Shown: one piece after another, positions 1 through 10,760 of the stretch
Numbering within the stretch: the first letter of the stretch is position 1
Layout: each line of letters starts with the position of its first letter
Source: Camelus ferus
Lineage: Eukaryota
Length of the DNA: 64,000 nucleotides
Direction of reading: 5' to 3'
NCBI RefSeq assembly: GCF_009834535.1
Contig: NC_045697.1
Location: forward strand, 47,990,001-48,054,000
Position numbers and translations under genes: made by a program
The notes under the pieces: generated by a model
What the model was told of the DNA's origin: nothing
The model's database searches: none
The model's input: only the letters and a program-made list of their open reading frames with translations

Positions 1-500
1 TAAGTGAGAGGCATATGATTAAGGGACAGACATGCTTGGGAAACTAGGTTTTAGTTTATAAATTATGGTAAGTCATTGAAAGATTTTAAAAAGCGGAGTA
101 ATATGAATAGAGTATGTTTCAGGAGGATGTTGGGATTGTACTTAGTAGGGGTACATTAATAGACAAAATGCAAAAAAGCTCAGGCAAGAGGTGACAGGGT
201 AACTTAAGACATTAGTAGTTCATTGGGATGGAGTCAATAGAGTGATGAAAACATTAAGTAGGCCAAACTGATCATAGGGAGGATGGGAGAGAAAAGTTAA
301 GGATGATTCCTAGGATTCTGAGTTGGGTGAACCTTCATACGATTACATGACCATCAGCATGGTGGTACCATTTTTAATGGGAGAGAGTCACACAAGGCCA
401 GGAATAGATTTTGGAGGAAAGACAAATGAACTTGATTTTAGACATACTGATCTTGAAATATGTGCAGACTGTCCAAGTGGAGATACCCAGGAAGAAATTG
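1..500 (-). mobile_element. Ancient L2 LINE fragment
   Basis: ...gattttagacatactgatcttgaaat...tccaagtggagatacccag resembles the antisense L2 consensus; heavily diverged. Confidence 0.6.
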
Positions 501-607
501 ACAATATCTTCCCATTAAGCAGTGTCTGAAACTGCCATTGTTATAATTTATTCTTGTAAGTTAAGGTTATATCTCTAAGTAATTGCCTCTTAAAAATACC
601 ACTGGGA

Positions 608-1426
608 TGGCCAACAAGTGCATGAAAAGAAGCTCAGCATCACTAACTGTTAGAGAAATGCAAATCAAAACTACAATGAGATATCACCTCACACCAGTCA
701 GAGTGGCCATCATTCAAAAGTCCACAAACAATAAACGCTGGAGAGGGTGTGGAGGAAAAGGAACCCTCCTACACTGTTGGTGGGAATGTGAATTGGTGCA
801 GCCACTATGGAGGACAGTATGGAGGTTCCTGAAAAAACTAAAAATAGACTTACCATATGATCCATCAATCCCACTCCTGGGCATATATCAAGAGGAAGAT
901 ATAATCTCAAAAGACACATGCATCCCATTGTTCACAGCAGCACTATTTACAATAGCTAAAACATAAAAACAACCTAAATGTCCAGTGACAGATAAAGAAG
1001 ATGTGGTATATATATACAATGGAATACTACTTAGCCATAAAACAGAATAAAATAATGCCATTTGCAGCAACATGGATGGACCTGGAGATTGTCATTCTAA
1101 GTGAAGTAAGTCAGTAGGAGAAAGAAAAATACCATACAATATCACTTACATGTGGAATCTAAAAAAAGACAAATGAACTTATTTACAAAACAGAAACAGA
1201 CTCACAGACATAGAAAGCAAACTTATGGTTACCAGGGAGAGAAAAGGATAGGAAGGGATAAATTGGGAGTTCAAGATTTGCACCTCTTAGAGAGTGATGG
1301 AAATGTTAGTTATGTTGACTGTGGTGGTGGTTTCATGGGTATATACAATTATCAAAATTCATCAAATTGTACATCTGAAATATGTGTAGTTTACTGTACA
1401 GGAATCATACCACAATAAAGGTGTTA
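608..1426 (+). mobile_element. 5'-truncated L1 (ORF2 C-terminus + 3'UTR) with 16-bp TSD
   Basis: REMQIKTTMRYHLTPVR...[13 protein letters not shown]...[15 protein letters not shown]2 motifs, AATAAA near 1414, TSD AAAAATACCACTGGGA at 592-607 and 1427-1442. Confidence 0.95.
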
Positions 1427-1489
1427 AAAAATACCACTGGGAAGAATTAAACAGATGACAGGGTACTGTAATGAGAGAACAACTGAACT

Positions 1490-1620
1490 AGGCATCTATA
1501 AATCAGTCCAACACTGACTTTGCCATCGACTGCCTGGGTGATATTCAGCAAGTCACTTTGCTTCAGGTTCCTCATGTGGAAAATGAGGAAGTAAGACCAG
1601 GTGATCTTCAACATCTGGGA
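1490..1620 (+). mobile_element. MIR SINE fragment
   Basis: caagtcactttgcttcaggttcctcatgtggaaaatgagg resembles the MIR core. Confidence 0.6.
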
Positions 1621-1666
1621 GTTGACCACAATTCAAATAGTAATATTAACTTACTGTAGTTCAGTT

Positions 1667-2362
1667 CAGTGGTTTTCAAACTTATTTAGCAGCAGTTAGG
1701 CTTCTTTGAAAGACCCTTCATGCAGAAACACAACGTATTAGGATGTTTTGGTTGCAGAGTTCTAACTCAAGTTACCTTAGACATAGAAGAGAATTTACTA
1801 GTTAATTTAAGCATATTTTGTGAAAAGGTGCAGCTGGACTTCATGGATGACTGGAACCTGAGACTAGTGCACCACCAGGACTTACTCTCTACACTTCCTG
1901 TGTGATGGATTCATTCCACACAAGGCAGTATGCAGCCACTGGCCACTCTCAAGACTTCCATCTTTCTTTCTCATCTCAGACTACTGCTATGGTGGACAAG
2001 CCCTTCTTCCCTTCATTCCACGTGAAAACATTCTGGGGGATAATTCTGCTTGCTTTGGCTTGAGTTATATGCCCACCCTGTAGTCAAGAAGTTGGGGGAT
2101 TCTCTTGAGCTGCAACTGTCCCTAGAATCACCTGTTTATAGTATAGGCAGGAATAGTTCCCTCCAAGGAAAGGAGCATTGTTTACAGAAAAAGGGAAGTT
2201 ACCAGGCAGTCAATTAGATGGTCAATATGTAAAACAGATAAAAACAAAGGTTTCTAGTTGAGATCCCACCTACCCGGTCCCCTCTGTGTACACTGGGTGG
2301 CTTGGGATGCGTACCTCTGAAGACCTCATGAAGATCATTGGAGTACCACATGAAAATAACTG
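1667..2362. mobile_element. hAT-Charlie-type MITE split by an MLT1-like solo LTR (~1732-2225)
   Basis: Terminal inverted ends cagtggttttcaaa / tgaaaataactg. The internal segment starts tattaggatgttttggttgcag...aactcaagttaccttag, MaLR LTR-like. Confidence 0.5.
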
Positions 2363-4448
2363 ATTTTATTGATTGGATAGCATGCCAGGTGTCTCCAGAT
2401 CCTTGAAAAATTGAAACACTAGATATTTATTGATGGTGGTGGTACTTACCCAGTAGAACATTTCTGGAATATGGGAAAGTACTAGGAAGAGTGGTGCTGA
2501 TGTTGATGGGGTTGAGGTGGAGATTCTGAATGTTCAGGCATCCAGGAACCTGAGACTGGGGGTGTAGGAAGAAGAAGCAGGAGGACACCAAGATGAACTT
2601 TGCCTACCTTGTCATTTTATCCAGGACTAGCTTATCAAAGACACACTGTTAAAAATGGTGGAAAATGTTTATCTTTGGCCAAGAGAGTGGGATGGTCCTT
2701 GGTGTCATCCACAGTCATCCTAGAGAAAGGAACAAATGGGAAGTTGATGGAAAGAGAGAACTGATGGATTGGAAGAGGGGTAGAGACAATGAGCAAAGCC
2801 ACATTTCTTGGATGAATATATCCATGGTATATGATACTTTAAAACTATTAGAAATAAAGTAATGGTGATAGAGGCAGAGAGAGAAAGAGGAATAAGATGA
2901 GTAAAGGTGGGAAGGTGGAGAGGAATGTAGTTCAGTAAAAGGAAGACTATGTCACTGGAATATAGTTTGGAAGCCCTATCAGGAGGTCCGAGAAGTAAAC
3001 ATTCAAGATCATCTTGATTAGTACCTATTTAAAAGTTGTACTAATAAATATCAGGTAAATTACATTTAATTATTTTATTAATTATAACTTACTACATAAT
3101 TTAAATGTAACACCTTCCTTGAAGTTTTGTAGCTATTAGTGTAAAAGTGTGTACTAAAATCAGTAAAGTCAAGTTTAATTGATTCTTTATCAAATAGTAA
3201 TAATGTCCTTAAATTACAAAATTTAAATCTGCCTTTTGAGCAAGCTGCTCAACAAAATTTCAGAAAACAAAGGAACATAGGTATAAGGGAACTTATAGGC
3301 CCAGCTACCTGTGCTACTAATAGAAAAAATATGGAGAGATCAGATTTACTCAGATAAAATATTAATTGCTAATTTGGAAAAGACACAGGTGTTCACTAGA
3401 ACATCAAGTACTTTTTTTATCTGCGAAGTAACGAACCAATTCTGTAATAATACAAATAAACATAACTGTTTTCAGAACAAGTTGTACCTACACAGTGCTA
3501 CTACTAAACCATTTTGGTCAAAAAGGACTTAGTTAAGCCAAAAGTTTTCACTTGGATAAATCACTTCTTTAAAGATATATTTTCTTACTGGGTTCTTATT
3601 TTCCGTCTTAATTTAAAAATGGCAACATCTGTCAAACATGAAAAATTTCCACCAGATAAGCTATCAAAATCAGGCTACTTTTCTGTTGCAAACTCCGATC
3701 TGCTATAAAACTGCTTATGGCTTCAGGGTTGTTGGAATGTCTTTTGAATTGGAGTCTCATGAGGGAGTTTTTTTTTTTTTTTTTGGTAATATTTGTGAAG
3801 ATTTAACTTGTCAGCATTTGTACAGTGCCAACTATTTGAAAATGATTATTTCTCCAATCTCAAACTCCTCACTGCGAGTGAGAAAAACAACAATCTATTT
3901 TTTGGATGATATAGTGTCACTTGCTGTGAAAATGTTGTTTTCCTGTTTTTAGTGAGAGAATTGATCTATTTGCTATCGTATAAAGGGAACAGTCCTGAGA
4001 ATAGAGATTATTGAAACAACCTGCATTTAACTGACCTTTTTATAATAAAATCCACTACTCTCAACTATGAATGTCACATTTATGAATATTCAATGGATTG
4101 TGAATATTCAGTATTTAAAATTTAGAGGCCAACAATGAACATGGTCTATATAAACCTGAACTTCAGGACCAGCAAACCCCAGCATTTATTAGTGCTTTTT
4201 TAACATCCACAAAGGTGATCCCCTTTGCTCACCCTACTCACTACTGCTGGTCAGCTTGTGAGACAGGCAGGTATCACCCTGCTCAAGTGAGACTGCCAGT
4301 GCCATCAGCTTTATCCTCCTGGGCATTGTTGTGACTATTAATTTTGCATCATCTTTCATACTTTCATTTCTGCTTTCTTATATGAGAATTTCCTGTTTAC
4401 AGGTCTGCTTCCCCTATGACTATGAGCTACTTAAGAATAGGGACTGTA

Positions 4449-4579
4449 GGGGGACGGTATAGCTCAGTGGTAGAGCACAGGCTTAGCATGCGTAAATTCC
4501 TGGGTTCAATCCCCAGTATCTGCATTACATAAATAAACAAATCTAATTACCTACCTGCCCCCAGCGGAAAAAAAAAAAA
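4449..4579 (+). mobile_element. tRNA-derived SINE (Vic-1-like), inserted in an L2 3' end (~4370-4660)
   Basis: GGGGG...TATAGCTCAGTGGTAGAGC A box, GGTTCAATCCC B box, tRNA-unrelated tail, poly(A), imperfect TSD agggactgta/aaggactata. Confidence 0.85.
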
Positions 4580-6027
4580 GGACTATATCTGCTTATCTTT
4601 GTATCTCTGATGCAAAATGCAATGTTTGGAACATAATACATTCTCCATATTTGTTTGTTTATTATGAAATAGCTAGTAATTATGTATTTACAGGTATTTA
4701 AAGAAGCTTAAATCTGTGAGGATGTTCCATCATCCAATTTATATTTTTCAGGCGTTTATTTTCCTCTTTTCTTCAACTTTTGGTAGTATTTCTCTTTGGG
4801 GCAAGTGTTTCTGTGCCAAGGAGAAATGCTGTGGCAAGTGGCCATTGAGGCAGGTTTACTATTCTGGGCTCCCGAAGCGAATTGTCTGGCTTGCTGCTTA
4901 CAAAGCCCAAGGTAATTAGTCATTATATGTTAGTCTAGAATCAAGATAGTTGGGATTGAGTGGGATTTCTTCTAGGACTAAGGCCATTTTCAGACCTATT
5001 ACAGAAGCTGGTATGGGGGTGATGTTGCTAGGGAGGGAAATGGAAACTTAATGTAGGTCTCCAGGGGCTTCTCCAGTCACTCACCATACTTCCTGGTGAC
5101 AAAGATTAAAGTGATGCAATTATTCTTCAGCAGTGGTGGACTCTTTAACAGCTGATCAGTTCTGGCTAAATAATGATTTGCATTTTTACTGCAACTTTTT
5201 CTCCCAGGAGAGGAAGGCCTTTTACGTTTAATAATAGGGCCTAAGATTAATTGCAATCAACACCAAGTGCTTTATGTGCTAAACAACACCCCTGTGGGGG
5301 AAAAAAGTACTAAAAACTGTTAATACACCCTTGACCAACACTGGTAAGTACACAAGCCAGGAACATTCATTGGGAAAGAGATTGTGCAAAGCAGTATTCT
5401 GCCTCTTGAGCTGGTAGAGTTTGTTTTTGGATTGCTGGTGGTAAAAGCTGAAGCTGACCCACAAGAACAAAATCAAACTCCATACACTTAAAATGTCAAG
5501 GCCACGTTCACCAAGTAAACACGGATATTTCTAGTTTACATTTTGACATTTTCATTCTGTAGCCGGCACTGCCAAACACACGTAGTAGTATCCTGCGTGG
5601 GGAGAATTAGAAAATAAATAGGACAGGGTTATCGCAGAGGGTCACAGGTTCTGTTATTTACCTCTCACGATACAACTTACAGATGCTACCCGTTAAAAAA
5701 AATCAAACCACTGAAGATGCCAGGAAACATTTCCTTCGGTGACTTCCTTCACCTCACCTGGCGTCCGATTAGCCACCCAGACCAGGGTTCGGCTTTGGGG
5801 CCAGGCTGCCTCCGGCGAGCGTGCAGTAAACAGCGCCGCGTCCACGCACGAGCACCGGTTGAGGCGGGCTCGCCAGTCTTTTCTCCATCCTCCCCCACCC
5901 CGTGCCTCTGTGGCTTTGCGATAACCCACCAGCCTCCCCAGCTCTGCTCGTCACTCAAGCCAAGAAAAGCGAGTAAGAACCCGGCAAGGGGACTGGAGAA
6001 AAAGGGAAAGAACCCTGGCAGCCGCGC

Positions 6028-6161
6028 GCGCACGCGCACTATGACCCTGCGCGGCGCCCCGGGGGCGGGGCCAAGGAGCGGCGCTGGAGCTCCGCCTCCT
6101 TCTCCTCACCCCACCCCGCCGCGCCGGGGAGTGACTGACTCTCGCCAGCCCCTCCACGTCA
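6028..6161. promoter_or_regulatory. Proximal motif cluster: NRF1-type GCGCACGCGCA (6028-6038), GC box GGGGCGGGGC (~6062-6071), CRE/UPRE-type CCACGTCA (6154-6161)
   Basis: Direct matches to consensus motifs upstream of the first candidate exon. Binding is not demonstrated. Confidence 0.55.
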
Positions 6162-6689
6162 ATCAACCCTCCTCCTTCTCGCACTCTCCGCACCTTGTTA
6201 TTAATCTCAATGCCGATATCGCGCGGACGCCTCTCCCCCGGCGCTCGGGGGTGTGAACGTGTGTGAACCAGAGCGGAGGCACCGAAAGCTGGCGTCTCTG
6301 TGCAGCAGTCTCGGCCCCGGCAGCAGTAGGCGCAGCAGCAACCCCCGCAGCGGCGGCAGCCCCAGCGCTTGGAGGCCAAGGCCAAGGCCAGGCACAGCGC
6401 GGCTCTCGGAGTAATAGCCGCGGCTCCGGCGGGTGCGGGGGCGCAGCTTCCTCCGTCAGGGGCCTTTGCGTCGGTGGCCGCGGCCGCGGGGCCTCTCCTG
6501 CGCGCCCAGGGTCACCGTCCCCGAAACCCGGCTGCGCGGCCCTCGGCCCCCTCCCCGCCCCCCATCCGTCTCCTCCTCGTTCCCTTCAGCCGTCCTCCTC
6601 GCCGCTGCCTCTGCCGTTCCTCAGGCGGCCCGGCCCGCCCGCCCCGCGTCCCCTCCGGCCGGTGCCTCTCCCCCCGGCGGGCTGCCTGC

Positions 6690-6822
6690 ATGTCTTTGCT
6701 GCCCTCAGCCCCGCCACCACCGCCGCCGCCGCCTCCCCCGCCGCCGCAGCACCAGCACCAGCAGCAGCCGCCCCGCCGCCGCCGCCGCCGCCGCCGCCCG
6801 GACCCCGGCGCGCTGAATGCAG
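6690..6822 (+). CDS. CNOT6L: Candidate alternative coding first exon / uORF (MSLLPSA-P12-QHQHQQQ-PP-R8-PDPGALNA-G)
   Basis: ATG at 6690 (weak Kozak), 133 nt open to a consensus CAG|GTGAGG donor at 6823. In frame with MPKEK if spliced to the distal acceptor (42920). The poly-Pro run uses mixed CCG/CCA/CCT/CCC codons. Confidence 0.5.
6711..6796 (+). repeat. Interrupted CCG/CAG trinucleotide tract ending in pure (CCG)8 (6773-6796)
   Basis: Read directly from the sequence. Confidence 0.95.
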
Positions 6823-7103
6823 GTGAGGAAGGGGCGCAGGCCCTCCGCGACCGCGGGCCCGGGCGTCCTGCGCGGCCGCCCGCCGCGAGCCGGGTTTCGG
6901 GCCCTGCCTGCCGCCGCCGCTTCCCTTCGGGGCGGGTGGGAGCGAGGCCCGCCCGTGGGTGTTTGTGTTTGCGTCTGCGGCCGAGGCTCTGGAGGGGAAG
7001 CATCTGTGGGGGCCTGGTGCGCGCGCGCGCGCGTGTTTGTGTGTGTGTTTCCCCTGCCGCGGGGAAATGGCTGCTGTTGCTCTTTCTGGGCCGGAGGAAG
7101 AGA

Positions 7104-7108
7104 ATGAG
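7104..7108 (+). CDS. CNOT6L: CNOT6L coding exon 1 (ATG AG), start of the MRLIGMPKEK isoform
   Basis: agaATGAG|gtagag: A at -3, GT donor at 7109. Joined to exon 2 (A CTA ATA GGG ATG) it gives MRLIGM, the N-terminus I recall for mammalian CNOT6L. Confidence 0.85.
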
Positions 7109-8789
7109 GTAGAGTGTTTTTGTGTCTCTGAGTAGGATCGAGAGTGTTGGGAAGAGGAGCGCGTCCCCAGGGCAGTGAGGTGGGAGAGGGGGAAATGTGC
7201 GTGTGGGTGTGCGAGTTGGGACTTTGGCGGCCGGGGAGGCGGCCTGAGGACCCATAGCGAGTGGGTGTGTGTCGGGTACGGGGCTGACCCGCGGCTCTGT
7301 CGGAGGCGGCGAAGGTTCCGGGTTGTGCGTGTGTGTGTGTGTTGGGGGGTGGTCCGTGCCCAGGGCCCGGGACTCTGTGGGCGGGTTCCGTGTGTCCAGG
7401 ACCCCCGAGCGGCGTGTCCCTCCCCCTTTGTGGCCGAGGCTCCGGAGCCTCGCAGGTGAGCGGCTCCGTGGGGGCCGGGGAGGATGAATGTGTGTGCGGC
7501 ACACGCACAGCAGCCGGGCCGGGAGAGCTCCGGGTCGGGGCCGCGCCGCCGTTCCCGGGGCCGCGGCAGGAAGCGCGCCGGCCTGCAGCGCGGCCTAACC
7601 GCCTCGGCGGCCTCCCGCCCGCCGGCCTGCCTCCCGCCCGCCTGCCTCCCGCCGGCCTCCCTGGACGCTCGCCGGGACGCCGGGCCCGCGCGGGCCCACG
7701 GCGCTGCCTCGGGCCTGGGCAGGTGAGGGTCGGAGGCGGGACGCGCCTATCGCCGTCGCCTTGGCCGCCTCGGCCGCCTCCGCGTCTCCTGAGGAGGGGC
7801 GAAGGCAGGTTTTGGCGTTCCAGCGGCAAGCGCTCCCCTGGCCGGCGGTGGGACCCAAGGGAAAGTGAATCAAAGCAGTAAATCTCGAGTATACGCGATG
7901 TCGAGGCCCCTTCTTTTCATCCTTTCCTTAAGGCTGTGTGGAGTACGTATTTTCAGTTTTTTCGTTGCAGATACTTTCTCGTTGGGAATATTAACGCATT
8001 TTTTTTTAAGATAAAATTTTTCTCCGAGAGGCGGGGGAGGAAATGGAAGCTGGCTTCCCTGTCCTGTGGTGTTGGTGGGATTGGATCGGTTTTGTGCATT
8101 TGAAATTGTTTTATCCTGCCTCCTAGGGGGAAAGGCGTGTACACGCCGAGCTGAGGAGGTCCGTGAGGAAGAGGAAGTTACTGGAGCTGTCATCCTCCTT
8201 AGCCTGGCCGGATACATGGCTTAGGTTGTTTGGATGGATTGTGTTCGGGGAGTTTAGCTGAGCCGTTTGTACACTTTGAAGCCCAGTACTGTGTATGAGG
8301 AGATACTACCTTCTTGCCTCTAGTTATCTTAATTGTCAGTCAAGATAGTCGTGTACAAACAAGTTTTCTCTCAGTCTCCAAGACCTAGATCAAGCAGCCT
8401 CTATCGTGTATTGGTGTGTGCTTTTGGAAAGCTATTTTGAGAGTAGTCTAAGCAAAACCAACTGTAAAGGTAAATCTGCTGCCAGTAGGCGTACAGTGCA
8501 TTTCAGAAGCAAATATAAATGGCATTTGGATAATTATTTGCTGTTTACTTTATCTACTCCACCCTCTATTTGCGTCTAGTTAGTTCATCTACATAAAACC
8601 TTGTAGCTAAAGTCATGACCAAGATTCGATCCTCGCAGGCCACGCTCTGTGTAATGGCCAGAGATTGCTCCTTTTTGAACCTGGTCTCACAAAGAAATGT
8701 TCCTTGCTGTTCACTGGGAAGTGAGGACAAGAGCAGGAGGGGTGGAGGGCTGTTTTCTATGATCACTACTGAAAAAAAAAACCACATGT

Positions 8790-9000
8790 AGTTTAGTGGA
8801 AAAAGAACTTATTTTACAGACCTCAGACTCTGGCTGTGCCATTTTTCTTAGCTCTTTGATCTTAGGCAAGGTACCTAATGTCTATAAGCTCCTGTTTCTC
8901 ATCAATAAGAAGATAATACCCTTATAATAAGGTTGTACTGAGGATAGATTGAAAAAACATGTTTGCCACATAGTAGATGCTTACTTAAATATTAGTTTTT
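8790..9000 (+). mobile_element. MIR SINE
   Basis: tgatcttaggcaaggtacctaatgtctataagctcctgtttctcatcaataagaag... MIR core. Confidence 0.7.
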
Positions 9001-10431
9001 CCTCCTGCAGCCCCTGACTGTGGGCCTTGAAAAACATAAACAAACAAGTACAAATACTCATTGGATTGCTGAGAGCAATATTATGTTACTGTAAGTTAAA
9101 AATCAAGACAATAGAACATTTCAGAGTCCTTTGGTATAAGTTAGGTATATGAACACAATGTTAAATGTATTCTACAAGTCATTTTCTTAGAACTAAAACT
9201 GTCATTAAAATTATCTAGTGTACTAGTGTATAGTCATACCTAATTTTTTTGCAGATTTTTGAATAGGCCATCTTTCAGTTTCATTACTCTTTTTATGAGT
9301 TCTTGCTGTGTAGCCCTGGAAAAAATTGTTTAAGCTATATATATAGCACATATATATTCCAATACAATCAAGCATTAAACAGAATCAAGAAACTAGAGTT
9401 TATGTAGATCCACAAAGTATACGTGCCACAAAATTGCTCTGTAATTGTTTTAGTTCCCGTTGACTGATTCTGGTTAAAAGAAAAAAAAAAGAATAAAAAC
9501 GTTTTGGAATATTTTGGTGAATGGAAGCAAAAATCTATCAGCTTTCAATAATTTTCCATTTTTATTTTTCTGTGTGGAGTGATAAATGTGCTGTTCATTT
9601 AGTTTTAATTGTATTGTGGTGGAAAAAATAATGATACAGAGTTTAAGGCAAAGGCAACAGAGTGGTTAAAGTTTTTTTTTTCTTTTTTCTCTTTCTGTTA
9701 TTTTTGGTGAAGGCAGGGTGAAGAGAGTGTGGGAGAAGTTTCATTGATTTAAGTTTGCAGTGTCTCTTCACTAATGCCAGGTTTCCCAGTTTAGACCTTA
9801 TTATTATTATTTATATCAGCAATGTTAAGCTATAAAAAAAACCCTGGTAAATCATTAAAATTTGAACACATTTGTGGAGGATTTTTGTGAAGGATAGGAG
9901 GGAGAACTTTATTAGAATGCAAAATGTTTTGTTAAAGTGTGTGTGTTATGGGTGTGTGTGCATTTATAGTGAGCAGAATTATCTGCCATATGGCTATATT
10001 TAAAGGAAGAATTCTTACCTTAAAAATTATGTTCTAAGTATTAATACTTTAAAAACAATAAAATAGAAAACAGAATTTTGCCTTTAACTAGGTGTTTGGT
10101 AATTTTTATTAGATATTATAAATTATGGTATTTTAAAACACTTTATACTTTTTTCTTAATTTGGAGAATTGAAGAAGACATTTTTCTGTAATAATCATGA
10201 ATGTAGATGATAATGAGCAATATATTAAGATATGTGAATAGTGATATAAACAGTGGAACTCCTCTTGCTATCATTTCAAGTAACGACAATAAAATCAAGG
10301 TGGAAAATTGTGTAGGTTTTAAAATTTAACGTTACTTAAATGGGCTTTTAAACAATTTTTCCAAAATATCCGTTAGGAATGTCTTTAATTAGGGGGAATT
10401 GAAATACTTACGATTCGTGCATGGATTACTT

Positions 10432-10760
10432 TGGGTAATGCTAATTAGGGTAATAAATACACTCCAAAATGTCAGTGGCTTAACACTTGTAAGTTTTTAT
10501 TTTGCTCACATAACAGTCCAGTGCAGGTGCTCCTTGTTAGTAGGCTTGTGGCTTTCCTCCATGTGGTAATTGAGGGACCCAGACATCTTACATCTTATGG
10601 CTGCACCATTCCCCAGAGCCTTGGAGCGCTGCCTGTTACCCACAGGATATTTCTTAAGAACCCCCAAAGACAAACATCTGCCCACATTTCACTGGTGAGA
10701 ATTTGTCATAGAATCTTATTTGAATGCAAGGGGGATGGGAATGTAGTCCCTGGGTGGTAG
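10432..10760 (-). mobile_element. MLT1-type (ERVL-MaLR) solo LTR
   Basis: ccaaaatgtcagtggcttaacac...gtttttattttgctcacataacagtcc...tgcaagggggatgggaatgtagtc, typical of an antisense MLT1. Confidence 0.65.

Larger units (their letters stand above)
5740..7910. promoter_or_regulatory. CpG island promoter / first-exon region of CNOT6L
   Basis: About 2 kb of very GC- and CpG-rich sequence in an otherwise AT-rich, CpG-depleted window; contains the first exons. Confidence 0.95.

Noticed and set aside
4449..4525. Possible tRNA-Ala genes here and at 47513
   Set aside because: Degenerate stems, followed by a tRNA-unrelated tail/poly(A) rather than a T-run terminator. These are SINEs.
6512..7881. Long ORFs in the CpG island (330 aa and 374 aa on minus; 182 aa and others on plus) as independent genes
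   Set aside because: Low-complexity R/G/P/A translations in overlapping frames, explained by stop-codon scarcity at high GC. No recognisable domain.
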